From Phoronis australis (taxonomy: Eukaryota; Animalia; Phoronida): 64,000 nt of DNA. The notes under the pieces were generated by a model that did no database searches, had not been told where the DNA came from, and saw nothing but the letters and a program-made list of their open reading frames with translations. The position numbers and the translations under genes were made by a program. This document shows, piece by piece, positions 45,101 to 54,182 of the stretch. Position 1 is the stretch's first letter, and every line of letters begins with the position of its first letter. Location: positions 1 through 64,000 of the forward strand of contig NMRA01001047.1 in assembly GCA_002633005.1 (NCBI GenBank), written 5' to 3'.

Positions 45101-48100
45101 CATGATTTTCATGAAAAAAAATCAAAAGTTATATATAACGAAAGAAATTAGAAAACTGCAACCGCGTTTTGGGGGCTTTCATCTTGAACATTATATCAAG
45201 AGAAATTTGGTCACGTTATGGATACCGTTAATTTGCAATCAATGCACCTTTCTTTTCATAAAATTTCACGTAACCTAAATAATGGCAGATTGGTAAAAAG
45301 TCCAAGACCAAATTCTACAGGCCTTCTACTTCCACAAAATATGTACTTTTAAATTCAACAGTTTTGTACACATTTGGCTAAATACAGACTTGTCGATGAG
45401 ATTCTGCACAACTTTAAGACACATCCTCCATATTCGTTTTCTTAGATCCTCAAACAACCCTTCTGACCACAAACCAAACAAGGAGAAAAAATTCCAAATA
45501 ACGAACTTTCAACATAACATTGATTTTTCAAAATAAACAGAATTTTTTGTATTTTTTGTTGAGTCAGTCCACAAGACATTCAACCGAAATGACAATCAAA
45601 GTAACACAGATGTAGAAGAAATGACATTTCACAAAATGGAAGTTATCCATGAACTGTATCGCATACGCTGGTTCACTTACGCTGGTCGAGTTTCCAATGA
45701 AGAAAATGGCCTGCTTTCCCCCAACTCCAAAGTAGGAAATGTCGCTGTTGAGTGAACGAGGCATGGGTTTGGGGGTGTAGCAATGGTCCTCATCAATGCT
45801 GCCAACAAACAACACAGATTTTCAGTATGTACAATCCACTGTTCACACGTTCAGTTGCATCAACCCTAATCTAATCTATCATCACATTATGTTTGGGAAT
45901 CAATCATCATGCACGGATCATACTGAACGCTTCTTGAGAATGGAGAACTAACATCCTAATTCCTATACATTGTTAGTAAATCATGACTATTTATAGTACA
46001 AAGAGGCACAGTTTCTCAAGACTCTTGCTGTTTATTCTCATGAAATCGAGTCACATAATAATCTTTTATCGAGACCATTTACAGTAAAATGAGGCACAGC
46101 TTCTCACAACAAACAGTGTTGCTGTTTGCTCTCATAAAATCGATCGCATAATATTTGTTACCATGATAGGATTCCATTTCCTTTACGTAACAGACTCAAG
46201 AAAACGCTTCTGAGGTTACAAAATGGCGAACGTGAAAACCATCAGAGTGACTGAAGAAAACGGTTCAAAAGTTCCAAAATATCAAGAGACTCAAGAAAAC
46301 ACTTCAGAGTTTTCAGAGGTTACAAAATGGCATATATGAAAACCATCAGAGTGACTCAACAAAACGTTTCAGAGGGTACAAAATGGCTCATACAAATACT
46401 GCGAGCGACTTCAATTGGTAACAGAAATACAATTCTGTCACAGTAAGATATATCAAGAGGCCAAGTTTATGAGAGTAAAATGTCCAATTCCATTTTCATG
46501 TTTCACTCAACAGCTAAACAAGATGAAACAGAGCTTTAATTAAATGCACAAATACAATCTTGTGGTGTGAACATGACACACTAGTTCATATCTGTAACAC
46601 AATCTATGTTTGAACGAGCAATACTGTCACACAATAATCATAAATTTATCCATTCTTAATATCAGGGCTTGGAATGACCAATGGCGAAAAACGCGGACAT
46701 TTTTACGGCCCGAAACATGTGCGCAGCCAGCCTTGAAAAGAGGTCGGTGTGGACCTTTTGCCAACAAAAATCAAGAGGACTAAAAAAAAACCTCCGGAAA
46801 CGTGCGTCTGTCTTAACTCGTCCGCCACTCCCACCTCCAAACATTTTTGACTGCAGAGTCGTAGTATTTGTCACCGCGGTTTACAATCACACGAGTCGCC
46901 ATTCGGGAAATCCGGCCACCACGCTATCCCAATGTTGACAATTTACGTTCCTCCGAAACAAAAAGAGCAACTTCCTCTTTTCGAGGTGAAAGTCGTCAGC
47001 AACGCGGCAATAAGAAAGAAATTTGCTGCGGAAATTTTATATCAAATCCGATTTTTTTTACGAAGAAATATAATAACCTACGCGGACAGAACATTTGAAA
47101 AAAGCGGAAATCCGCGTTTCCGCGAAAAATTCCAAGCCCTGTAATATGGCTACACCAAAGCCAACCTCCATGTCCCCTGCATGCAATGTGCCTACCTTGC
47201 ATTCATCGTTTTCTCCTTCCTCGTAAACTTTGACAAGCGATAGATGGCCCAGTTATTCAACTGTCGAGAGTTCATCCCCTTTCCGTTGTCCATAATAAAA
47301 ACACTGCTTTTGGAAGGAGATGCCTCATCTACGTGCTGGAAAACACAATACGACAGACAGCCATTAAAGCAACGCATATGTCCCCAACCACATTATTTTT
47401 GTTTTGGTTTTGCCAATTTAACTGCAAAGGGGATACCATAGAGTCATATGTGGAGATAGCAACCAATTGTCATCCAAAGGTGTTTTACCGATGGTACTAA
47501 ATGTTGTCAGTTCTGTAAAAGTGACATTATCTACAAGAAAAGTGAATTTGTGAAATCATCCACAAGGTGGCACTCCGGTGCTCTGGTGGTGGAGCTAAAT
47601 CTCATTCCTGAAGTGGCAGAGTACTTTAAGCATATTTAACTGTTGAATTCATCAGCTTTGATTTCAAAAAATGACTGGCAGCCAACGATGACAATAGGCG
47701 ATTTGTACCAACACCACAAAAACACGACAGATTTTGTTGGTTTGCAGCTCTGGTCAAAGCTTGTAACTTCAAGAACTCGATCATAACAATAATCCCAATA
47801 ATACCCTTTTCAGCCCTAAAACCGAGAACGTCCCTTTAATGAAATAAGCTCCAACAACTGAAGGACAGCTTGATACTCTATTAATACGCAGGTACTTGCC
47901 AAAACAATTTCTATCCTTCTCTCTCCTTTATTGTCCACAGTGGCTGCAAGAGCATTGTCTATCAATTCGGCAAAGGCAAAGGCTGAAAATAATTATACAC
48001 AGTATTTACACACAGTGGATACAACAAATACAAAGCAAATGGTGTATACATATACAATAAAAGCGGCATAAGTAGGATCAAATCGGACTCAGAGATTCCA

Positions 48101-51100
48101 TTCGTGTAAAGCAAAATTTGACTGATCTGAAGGGCGAAGTGAATGGCACATTTGACCCAGTTTATGCATACTGCAATGTGATGTCTCTTCAGTCAATCGC
48201 CACACGCATTGCAGAAAATGACATGCATGCACATACTCTTACGACATTCATCTCATGCAGGTTATCAGTTCAACACATCGGGGACACCTGGGGCATCGTA
48301 ACTTTGGACTCTTGCAGTACGTCGTCTTGAGCTAAACTTAGATACATGTTTGAGCCATTTCTACAGAGATTAGTAATATGATGGGCAGACAGAGTTATAA
48401 AAATGCAACAAAAACAGTAATTTTGTAAAAATGAGCCATGCGCTCTCTCCAAATTGAGCAAAAATCCAATTTAAGAACTCTGACTTAAACAATCAATCCA
48501 TACCGCGGAACTTTGTCAAAAGACTTGACTTGAGCAAGTTTTACTGTACTAACATACTGGTGTTCTTCTTGTAAACATAAACAAGCATCCTAGCTCAATG
48601 ATTTGTATTGGGATTTCTTATTTACAGGGCTTCAAAAAGGTCTCTGCTTTTCAACTACATGCAATTTCACAATTCAGTTTTATGATAGATTCTCACTGCT
48701 TTTATCTGTGTTCAAGTTCAGCAAACACAATTAGGAGAAAAGATGCCACCAACTTTCCCTCATCAACCATCGATAACCTACGTAAGGGGTTCTGTCCTTC
48801 CGATGCGTAGTACTCATACATCCCCCCCTTGACTATGGTGTCGTAATGTGGCAGGTAGTTCACTTGCTCCTGGGCAGGGGCGAACAATTCTTGGTTCACA
48901 TCTTCCAAGATGTACAACGTCTCGCTGCTGTCGATGAAGTCTGCAAAAATGGCTTGAGTTTATTTTCTCAACATTCAGTACTGTTAATAAGATTACGTAG
49001 GATCCTAAAAAAATTTTCAAATTTGTCCACATTTCAGAAACGGCCGAGCAGATTCATACACAAATATAAACGCCATACATTATGTACTGTTCTCCAAAAC
49101 TCTCATTAGGAATTGCTTTTAAAATGTTTCACTTTTACATGCTGGCTATCAAAAAATAGGACTTTTATGATTTTTATGAAAAAAAGATGAAATTTCCGTG
49201 AAACGAAACGATAATTAGAAAACTGTAACAGTGTTTTTGAGATTTTCTCTTGAGCACTTATATCATACGAAATTTGGTCATGTTATTCATTCTGTTCTTT
49301 GCCATGAAAGTATCTCAGTCTCTTTTTCATTAAATTTTGCTAAAAACATCGTCATGTGATCTAACTAGTGGCAGGCTTTCAACTTTCAGAATACATATTT
49401 TTACTTAGTAGTTTTTTAAAGCTGCTTGGCTAAATAAACAGACTTATCACGTAGGGCCTACATAAGTTTAACATATCTGCAGAGCTTAATACAAAGACAG
49501 CCACCGGTGGTGCTACAGGACACCAGTTGATCTTCAATGTCACACATTTCAAAAGGTCCATTACTTTAGGCATCAAGACTGAATTGTTGAAAAGAGCAAT
49601 TGAATCCAACGATGAAGACGTTTGAAAACACATGGAAAAAACAGACCAAGTATCGGCACTAGTCACTTGAACCATTACCATGGGAACAACACTGAGATTT
49701 ATCTTAAATGTAAAAATTATGTGTAATCAAAAGCAAATATTTCCCACTTGTACTTGAACAAAAATCCCAAAAATTGTTGACAAATGAAATTGCATTGCAT
49801 TCGTAAAGTACGAGAAACACAAGATACGATACAAAACAAAAAGGTAACACAAAATATCGTTTTTCCATCATCAGGTAGTAACTATTATGGCGGTGAAATT
49901 CTAACAAAGAAATGGCTCAGCCTCCTTACACTTCTTCTGGTCATTCCCCTTCGTTCTCAGTTATGAGGGAAGGCTACACTGACGATCGACACAGCTTGCC
50001 CGCAGCCTTGCTGTCATGACGAGGAATTTCAGGTTATTCTGTCTTAATACTTTTGGCATATACTGTATATCTCTAACACACAGCAGTTTACAAAAATACA
50101 AACCCCATGTTTCGTCGCTGCAAACCTCTTCCCGGTTTGTCGTTGTAATGACAAATTTGCTTTTGGGATTGATTGCCAAGAGCTAAAAAGATAAGGACAT
50201 GCATGTGAGCAGTTTTTTAGCCAAAGACTTTTACAGTCAGTCAATATTACATGTGCACTGGTATCTCTGTCTGACACAAACCATACATCCATACATTGCT
50301 TAAGAATTAGTGAAAACCAAAGGAAAACATAACAAGTAAGAAATATTGTGAAATGAGATACGGTAATACATAAAATTTACAAGCATTGAAGTGCGTGAAC
50401 TTGGAATCTTGCTTCATCTCAAGATTACGTATGTGTGAACATGGAATACACCATGAAACTTAGAAAGTTCACTCAAATAATCACGCGCACATTGATAAAA
50501 ATTTGCACTGCAGTAAAGCAAATTACTTTTGAATCAAGCAATCTAAATTTTGACCAACCACTTTTCAACTATTGGCAATCTTGTTCACCAAACAAAAAAC
50601 TGATTAACCATTTACCCATTCCTCCGATTCTACGGCACAAGTTCCAGTAAAGGAGAAAATTGGTAATCGTGAGGCCAATAACTGCAAAATTCTTTACAAT
50701 GAACAAAAAATTCACCTGACTGCCTTAATGAATATTCAATTAAAAGTTTACCCATATGCAATTTTGAGCTTAAGCAGGATTCCAAGTTCACGAACAGCAT
50801 CATCATTGCCTGATTGTATTTTTGAGACAAGTCCTCAGGAATATTTTTACAGTTCATGTAGAAAATCGGCAAGTTATATGGCCAAGGAAATATTCTCAAT
50901 TTCAACTGTTGAAAAGTACCAGAACGGAGAAGATAACTCCAAGAAAGGGGTTTCTGTTTGATTCAAAACTGACTCGACACATTTGCTTAAATTCACTTGC
51001 TCTACATTTACTTGTCTGTAATTGACGAAACAGTACAGGATTTTCATTTTTTTCAGCTGTTTTCAATGCAGAGGAAGATTTCAATTTCAACTTTTATTAC

Positions 51101-51764
51101 TGTTTAAGGAGATTATTCCCTTTAGGCCTATGTGGGGGGTCTAAATTGCACCCTCTCTTGCTAAAATCAGAACGAGGAAATGCTGTAAAATTTGAAACAT
51201 TGAATGCAAATTGTAATGAAATGGAAATTAATTTATCAGATTTTGCTTCAGGAAAGACTTTAAAAACATCAAATTTTTAGGTCTGTCCAATTCTTGCAGC
51301 CACTGTGTAACCACGAACGTCGTTATGTGCCCATGACATAGAGAAGTGGCATAGTACCTGTAATTTGTAATTAAGAGCTGAGGTGTTTTTAGCAATCACG
51401 TTAATTTTTGTCAGTGAAAACTCGCCTGCTCATAGGCCCGCTTTTGAATACCTTCTAAAAGCAGGGTCACGTCGAGCGGCTGATGAGAGTGCCTGTTGTG
51501 GTACATCACTGTCATCAGGCTAGGGCTAAGCACTAACATGGTGATTGGTGAATGGAATGATGCATGATACAAAGCACGTGTAATTTCGCGGCCTTTTACA
51601 CAGCTTACCTCGCAAACGCGACTTTTAAAATCTTCGTAAGTAAAAAGTCCACCAGTCGAAAGCTTTGTGTCAACGCGCTTCCCTTTTCTGCGATCGCAAA
51701 TGAATACAAACCCATCTTCTTCTGTCGTTTCGGGCGAGATAGACCGCTTCATGCGGGACGCCAT
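1..51764 (-). CDS. SMCHD1: SMCHD1 orthologue (structural maintenance of chromosomes flexible hinge domain-containing 1); multi-exon gene, 3' end runs off the window
   Basis: 45 phase-compatible exons, with canonical splice sites except one GC donor and one acceptor lost in the N gap. They translate colinearly with vertebrate SMCHD1 as I recall it: [96 protein letters not shown], and hinge [20 protein letters not shown]. Exons are listed separately. Confidence 0.96.
840..945. repeat. ~20-bp degenerate tandem repeat (TCAAGCTTGACCAATATTAT)
   Basis: About 5 diverged units. Confidence 0.7.
1429..1587 (-). CDS. SMCHD1: SMCHD1 C-terminal coiled-coil exon
   Basis: [52 protein letters not shown]. 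Confidence 0.9.
2010..2181 (-). CDS. SMCHD1: SMCHD1 hinge exon (exon 44 if one exon lies in the gap)
   Basis: [57 protein letters not shown]; the acceptor position is replaced by the N at 2182. Confidence 0.92.
2182..2182. other. Single N (assembly gap or join); a second N lies at 53205
   Basis: n in the sequence, exactly at an exon 5' boundary. Confidence 0.9.
3109..3215 (-). CDS. SMCHD1: SMCHD1 exon 42 (hinge)
   Basis: [35 protein letters not shown]. Confidence 0.92.
4026..4099 (+). repeat. tRNA-derived SINE head or tRNA pseudogene
   Basis: A box TAGCTCAGTAG, B box GGTTCAAATCC, pairing acceptor stem GTCTCGA/TCGGGGC, but no good anticodon arm. Confidence 0.65.
4203..4300 (-). CDS. SMCHD1: SMCHD1 exon 41 (hinge)
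   Basis: [32 protein letters not shown]. Confidence 0.9.
4297..4478. repeat. 92-bp tandem duplication covering a splice acceptor
   Basis: TAGCCT(A/G)GGTGT...TCAGCCAATGAGACATGGTACAGCCATCAAGTCG at 4297 and 4389. Confidence 0.85.
5122..5223 (-). CDS. SMCHD1: SMCHD1 exon 40 (hinge)
   Basis: [34 protein letters not shown]. Confidence 0.92.
5775..5894 (-). CDS. SMCHD1: SMCHD1 exon 39
   Basis: [40 protein letters not shown]. Confidence 0.88.
6046..6115. repeat. 17-bp minisatellite (CAGCCCCACCTGGTGGT) x4
   Basis: Read directly from the sequence. Confidence 0.9.
6692..6848. repeat. (CACAG)n microsatellite
   Basis: Read directly; a shorter copy lies at about 19360-19432. Confidence 0.95.
6881..6966 (-). 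CDS. SMCHD1: SMCHD1 exon 38
   Basis: [28 protein letters not shown]. Confidence 0.85.
7755..7874 (-). CDS. SMCHD1: SMCHD1 exon 37 (coiled coil)
   Basis: [39 protein letters not shown]. Confidence 0.92.
8567..8727. repeat. 23-bp minisatellite (AAAATGACGTTAAACAGTCCAAC) x7
   Basis: Near-perfect tandem units. Confidence 0.95.
10981..14912 (+). CDS. Nested LRR protein with C-terminal ZU5-like domain (about 918 aa); exons 10981-12612, 12872-13041, 13229-13814, 14020-14300, 14825-14912
   Basis: About 15 LxxLxLxxNxL repeats (SHOC2/Scribble/PIDD-type), then basic and S/T/P/H-rich linkers, then [21 protein letters not shown]...ITLQ...VGDIVH...[10 protein letters not shown] resembling ZU5. All introns are GT-AG and phase-consistent; TAG at 14910-14912; AATAAA near 15129 and 15460. 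Confidence 0.88.
16286..16418 (-). CDS. SMCHD1: SMCHD1 exon 36
   Basis: [44 protein letters not shown]. Confidence 0.9.
17630..17779 (-). CDS. SMCHD1: SMCHD1 exon 35
   Basis: [50 protein letters not shown]. Confidence 0.85.
18503..18634 (-). CDS. SMCHD1: SMCHD1 exon 34
   Basis: [44 protein letters not shown]. Confidence 0.9.
19179..19313 (-). CDS. SMCHD1: SMCHD1 exon 33 (donor uncertain: 19179 or about 19191)
   Basis: [45 protein letters not shown]. Confidence 0.78.
20097..20206 (-). CDS. SMCHD1: SMCHD1 exon 32
   Basis: [36 protein letters not shown]. Confidence 0.82.
20441..20598 (-). CDS. SMCHD1: SMCHD1 exon 31
   Basis: [52 protein letters not shown]. Confidence 0.88.
21676..21755 (-). 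CDS. SMCHD1: SMCHD1 exon 30
   Basis: [26 protein letters not shown]. Confidence 0.85.
22611..22736 (-). CDS. SMCHD1: SMCHD1 exon 29
   Basis: [42 protein letters not shown]. Confidence 0.87.
23174..23332 (-). CDS. SMCHD1: SMCHD1 exon 28
   Basis: [53 protein letters not shown]. Confidence 0.88.
23917..23997 (-). CDS. SMCHD1: SMCHD1 exon 27
   Basis: [27 protein letters not shown]; phase 0/0, strong gtgagt donor. Confidence 0.8.
24272..24401 (-). CDS. SMCHD1: SMCHD1 exon 26
   Basis: [43 protein letters not shown]. Confidence 0.87.
25096..25300 (-). CDS. SMCHD1: SMCHD1 exon 25
   Basis: [58 protein letters not shown]... Confidence 0.9.
25952..27500. repeat. ~249-bp tandem duplication; second copy split by the HINE
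   Basis: GTAACTAGAGCCAAGCACTCAGTTACTT...AAAAGGAAAA at 25952-26200, repeated from 26201 and resuming after 27446. Confidence 0.88.
26396..27446 (-). mobile_element. Non-autonomous Helentron-type element (HINE / DINE-1 / pearl-like), about 1.05 kb
   Basis: On the minus strand: 5' TTATGCGCCCACATATTTATATGTGGACGCAT hairpin/subTIR, GTCC-type microsatellite, ~150-bp internal tandem repeats, 3' subTIR GGGCGCAT plus stem-loop CAACGC-TCT-GCGTTG and CTTGTT end. It is inserted at an AA/TT site; the empty site is visible in the adjacent duplicate. Confidence 0.85.
27768..27927 (-). CDS. SMCHD1: SMCHD1 exon 24
   Basis: [53 protein letters not shown]. Confidence 0.85.
28779..28913 (-). CDS. SMCHD1: SMCHD1 exon 23
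   Basis: [45 protein letters not shown]. Confidence 0.85.
29700..29906 (-). CDS. SMCHD1: SMCHD1 exon 22
   Basis: [30 protein letters not shown]...[14 protein letters not shown]. Confidence 0.9.
30208..30307 (-). CDS. SMCHD1: SMCHD1 exon 21
   Basis: [33 protein letters not shown]. Confidence 0.88.
30530..30674 (-). CDS. SMCHD1: SMCHD1 exon 20
   Basis: [47 protein letters not shown]. Confidence 0.9.
31291..31410 (-). CDS. SMCHD1: SMCHD1 exon 19
   Basis: [39 protein letters not shown]. Confidence 0.9.
31572..32225 (-). mobile_element. Older degenerate copy of the same HINE family
   Basis: Matching termini ACAAGAACAACGGAGGGCGTTG and ATGACGGCATAATGCG...TATAAATA...GCATAA; internal CCACTAGGGGGCAG. 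Confidence 0.7.
32393..32470 (-). CDS. SMCHD1: SMCHD1 exon 18
   Basis: [25 protein letters not shown]. Confidence 0.9.
32631..32867. mobile_element. Degenerate short relative of the CAGGGCTTGGAAT MITE
   Basis: Starts CAGGGCTTGGAATAACCAGTG and ends GGAAAATTCTAAACCTTG. A further partial copy ends near 31002 (GGAAAATTCCAAGCCATG). Confidence 0.65.
32979..33083 (-). CDS. SMCHD1: SMCHD1 exon 17
   Basis: [34 protein letters not shown]. Confidence 0.9.
33431..33646. repeat. Long imperfect palindrome (foldback element)
   Basis: Outer arms ATTTCACC(C)TTGTA... / ...TACAAAGGGTGAAATT; core CCTTACCATGACAGGATTCT / AGAATCCTATCATGGTAAGG. A related copy lies at about 46030-46500. Confidence 0.7.
34931..36503 (+). 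CDS. Nested ecdysteroid kinase-like (EcKL / CHK choline-kinase-like) protein, about 431 aa; exons 34931-35078 and 35356-36503
   Basis: Splicing restores the family N-terminal motif KKG-ENYSS. Also present: LEDL...GY, LGKFHA, catalytic [11 protein letters not shown] and IDFQ motifs. The 1.15-kb second exon is intact. Confidence 0.9.
37744..37826 (-). CDS. SMCHD1: SMCHD1 exon 16
   Basis: [27 protein letters not shown]. Confidence 0.88.
38156..38376 (-). CDS. SMCHD1: SMCHD1 exon 15
   Basis: [40 protein letters not shown]...[10 protein letters not shown]. Confidence 0.92.
38899..39093 (-). CDS. SMCHD1: SMCHD1 exon 14
   Basis: [65 protein letters not shown]. Confidence 0.92.
39124..39348. repeat. 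46-bp minisatellite x~5
   Basis: Unit AAGGTTCTCACCAACAACTACAGATGGCACTGAGGTTGGTTATTGG, next to the exon 14 acceptor. Confidence 0.92.
39514..39637 (-). CDS. SMCHD1: SMCHD1 exon 13
   Basis: [41 protein letters not shown]. Confidence 0.92.
39926..39985 (-). CDS. SMCHD1: SMCHD1 exon 12
   Basis: [19 protein letters not shown]. Confidence 0.9.
40344..40728. mobile_element. Tc1/mariner-type MITE with TA TSD
   Basis: TA-CAGGGTGACCCAAAA...TTTTGGGACACCCTG-TA; TIR has one mismatch. Confidence 0.8.
41307..41418 (-). CDS. SMCHD1: SMCHD1 exon 11
   Basis: [36 protein letters not shown]. Confidence 0.92.
41891..42104 (-). CDS. SMCHD1: SMCHD1 exon 10
   Basis: [27 protein letters not shown]...[25 protein letters not shown]; donor chosen by phase. 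Confidence 0.9.
42843..42933 (-). CDS. SMCHD1: SMCHD1 exon 9
   Basis: [30 protein letters not shown]. Confidence 0.92.
43789..43952 (-). CDS. SMCHD1: SMCHD1 exon 8
   Basis: [54 protein letters not shown]. Confidence 0.9.
44571..44690 (-). CDS. SMCHD1: SMCHD1 exon 7
   Basis: [40 protein letters not shown]. Confidence 0.92.
44920..45280 (+). repeat. Dispersed repeat family (GTTATG...GACCCTAGAAAAATGTC...ATGAAACTTTCAG); other copies at about 21780, 28240 and 48990
   Basis: Shared blocks seen by eye, e.g. TTAGAAAACTG and GAAATTTGGTCAYGTTAT at about 45150-45220 and 49215-49285. Probably a non-autonomous DNA transposon; family not identified. Confidence 0.6.
45681..45798 (-). CDS. SMCHD1: SMCHD1 exon 6 (GHKL motif III)
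   Basis: [39 protein letters not shown]. Confidence 0.92.
46663..47141. mobile_element. MITE with 13-bp TIRs (CAGGGCTTGGAAT) and 6-bp TSD TAATAT
   Basis: Perfect TIRs CAGGGCTTGGAAT / ATTCCAAGCCCTG; TAATAT directly on both sides; CpG-rich interior suggests a young insertion. Confidence 0.88.
47196..47335 (-). CDS. SMCHD1: SMCHD1 exon 5 (GHKL motif II)
   Basis: [46 protein letters not shown]. Confidence 0.92.
47900..47982 (-). CDS. SMCHD1: SMCHD1 exon 4 (GHKL motif I)
   Basis: [27 protein letters not shown]; ends at a GC donor (TTG|gcaagt). Confidence 0.88.
48782..48940 (-). CDS. SMCHD1: SMCHD1 exon 3
   Basis: [52 protein letters not shown]. Confidence 0.92.
50104..50182 (-). CDS. SMCHD1: SMCHD1 exon 2
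   Basis: [26 protein letters not shown] matches the conserved KFVITTT motif; AG/GT boundaries. Confidence 0.85.
51609..51764 (-). CDS. SMCHD1: SMCHD1 exon 1 (start; UBL region)
   Basis: AAG-ATG-GCG start context; MASRMKRS...[29 protein letters not shown]; donor GAG|gtaagc. Confidence 0.8.
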
Positions 51765-52280
51765 CTTTATTGATGCCCCGGATGATAACCGCGGCAGTTG
51801 ACGAAGCGCCATCTACATCTCCCAGGTAGATGAGCTTCCCGGAAAACGTGTATCAGTGAGTCCAGTCGCGCGCGAACTGCAAGATCACTCAAGTCTTCAC
51901 AAGATACCCCCATGCATTACAAGCAAAGCACGTAGTCACAATAGCTCAGTTCCTTCGGTGATATTCCTGCGTCTACGCAACTCCAGTTTTAAAGCCTACA
52001 GCATGGGTGCCGATGTTTCAGTGGGCGGCCGCACCACAAAAGGGGCCAGGGACCCATCAGGCGCGGAGCAGTTGCCCGCCGCCGGCCGGGGCGCTGATCT
52101 TAGCCTTATAGGGGCTAATTTGTTCCTACGGTGAAAGACTTTCGAAATGGTTTGAAAGCAATAGCAAGAAAACGAAAGTGCAAGATATATGGTTATCTGA
52201 GTTGCATTAGTTGCCAGTGCCGGTTAAAACACGAAAACGTGACAGGAGTCAGTCCGTTACCGGGCCAATCAGAACTTCGA
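51755..52280 (-). promoter_or_regulatory. Probable SMCHD1 promoter / 5' region
   Basis: GC- and CpG-enriched stretch in an AT-rich background; YY1-type AAGATGGCG over the ATG, CCGGAA ETS core at about 51839, CCAATCAG at about 52265. Confidence 0.5.
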
Positions 52281-54182
52281 AACCATCAGCGACCCATAAT
52301 TTAAACACTTGAGAGTTTATTGAGGTTACATGCGCGCATCCAACCTAAAAATGGGGGGGTCAAATTAGTCAACACCAAAATTGTAAACTTGAAAAAGCGC
52401 CGCATGTACACGTTTAGTACCTAGCTATGACTTAAGATAGTCGCCACAAAAATAGAATCTTGTCACGAATAGGAATATTTTGAGACCGTTTTTTGACAGT
52501 AAAAGGCTCCCTAGTGGGACTCTCTCGGATTTTTCAATTTTCTCGAAGTGTTTTTATGCCCACAGCATAAAAAGCTTCCAAAACTTGTATTGCTTACCAC
52601 AGCGCCCCCATCGGCAGCAGTCGACTTAAAAAGTGCTGCACTGAGGGAGTAAATGACTGCGATTAAAAAATAGACAAGGTGGTCATGAATTGTTTCTTTT
52701 ACCTAGGTTGTGATGGTAGTGGTATCGGTGGCGTGTGGTGATGTTTCTTTTACCAAAATTGTAACTTTGGTTTACCAGCCAGGTTTCACTTTATAGGAAA
52801 TTTTTTGGCTGTTGTAATATAAGTCTGGCGGGGGATTTTCTTTTTTGAAAAGGTCAGCAACTAAAACAAAACACCTTACGTTGAACATAAAAAGGAGCGG
52901 TAAATGCAGCAATTCAAAAAAAACGTAAATGTCAAGGGGAAATAACCAGCTCTCTCTCTCTCTCTCCACCACAGGCGATTACGTTAGTTTGGCTCTAGCA
53001 TCCCTCGTAGACTAGTTCCTACGAAAGACTTGACGGCTCTGATCTATTTTGGCTTCAGCTGATTGGTAACAAAAAGACGTCGATTGCTTGGCAACGAAAT
53101 GAATAGGTAGGCTCTCTCATCAACTGAAGGACAAAGGATGGTCCCCTCGTTACACTAGTTGCAGTATGTTTATATTTTTTTCATTTTTAATTCCACGTAA
53201 AAGCNGGGGGAAAATCCCAGCGTAAAAGACAAGACGACATTTAAAATTGGCTTTGAAAGAAGTAAGCGATGAAATCTCTGTACTCGGCTAAGAAGAGTTC
53301 AAATTTCAAAGCGGCTGGGTAACTTTTTAAAGTTTTCTAAGCTGCGCCACACCCAGAAACCGGCGGGATGGCCGACAAGCGTTCTCTCAAGCAAGGGCAT
53401 TTCTAACAATAACTCACTGTCTTATTTTAATGTTAGAGTATCACCTACAATCCTTTGTGATTCCTACGGATAACGCAGGGCAATGTTTTAACGCACGCAA
53501 ATCGTCTCCCGAGTTCAAAATAACGCCACTGTCAGAAATGAAGTCAATGTATCACTCCAGTAACCTTCAGGATTTATACCGTGGTTATTTACTTGAATAT
53601 AATGCACGTGCGGAAGTTTATTAGGATTGTTTCTCGATCGCTTTCCGCTATTAACTGTACGGTCGAAGCACACATAACTAGTAGAATTAATAACATTCAG
53701 TTAGTACTATATGCTTGCGATTCATGGCAATAGGGCCGTCTCGGGTTACACAGTGACACTCGAATCTAGCTGTATTTACCCACAATGCCGTAAATATTCG
53801 TCAGGCACATTTGCTGCCTCGTTTTCGAGCCACTGGAGTTGCACGTGTTATTTGTTGTTGTCTGATTTAACAAGTTTTTTCTCTATTCGTTCTTTCTATG
53901 TTAACGAAGTATTATGTGTTGTGTTGTGGGCTGTAACACCGGCGTGAAAAGGTTTTATAAACTGGATAAATACCCGTGGATGCGTGATCTGACATTAATG
54001 AGAGACACAAAAATGTGCCTGATTTCAAAAACTAGATCACGCACATTCTTATCTCCATAATAACGACGAATGAAAGTTATCTATAAATTCATACAAACAT
54101 CTCCTGTTGAGTGACAATATCTGACGAGTGCAGTTTTCAAATGCATATTCAAATGCTGCCGTTACTGAATGCCGAAGCGTGT

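Noticed and set aside
51856-52134. Divergent ORF at the SMCHD1 promoter
   Set aside because: GTG start, GC-rich promoter composition, no splice or homology support.
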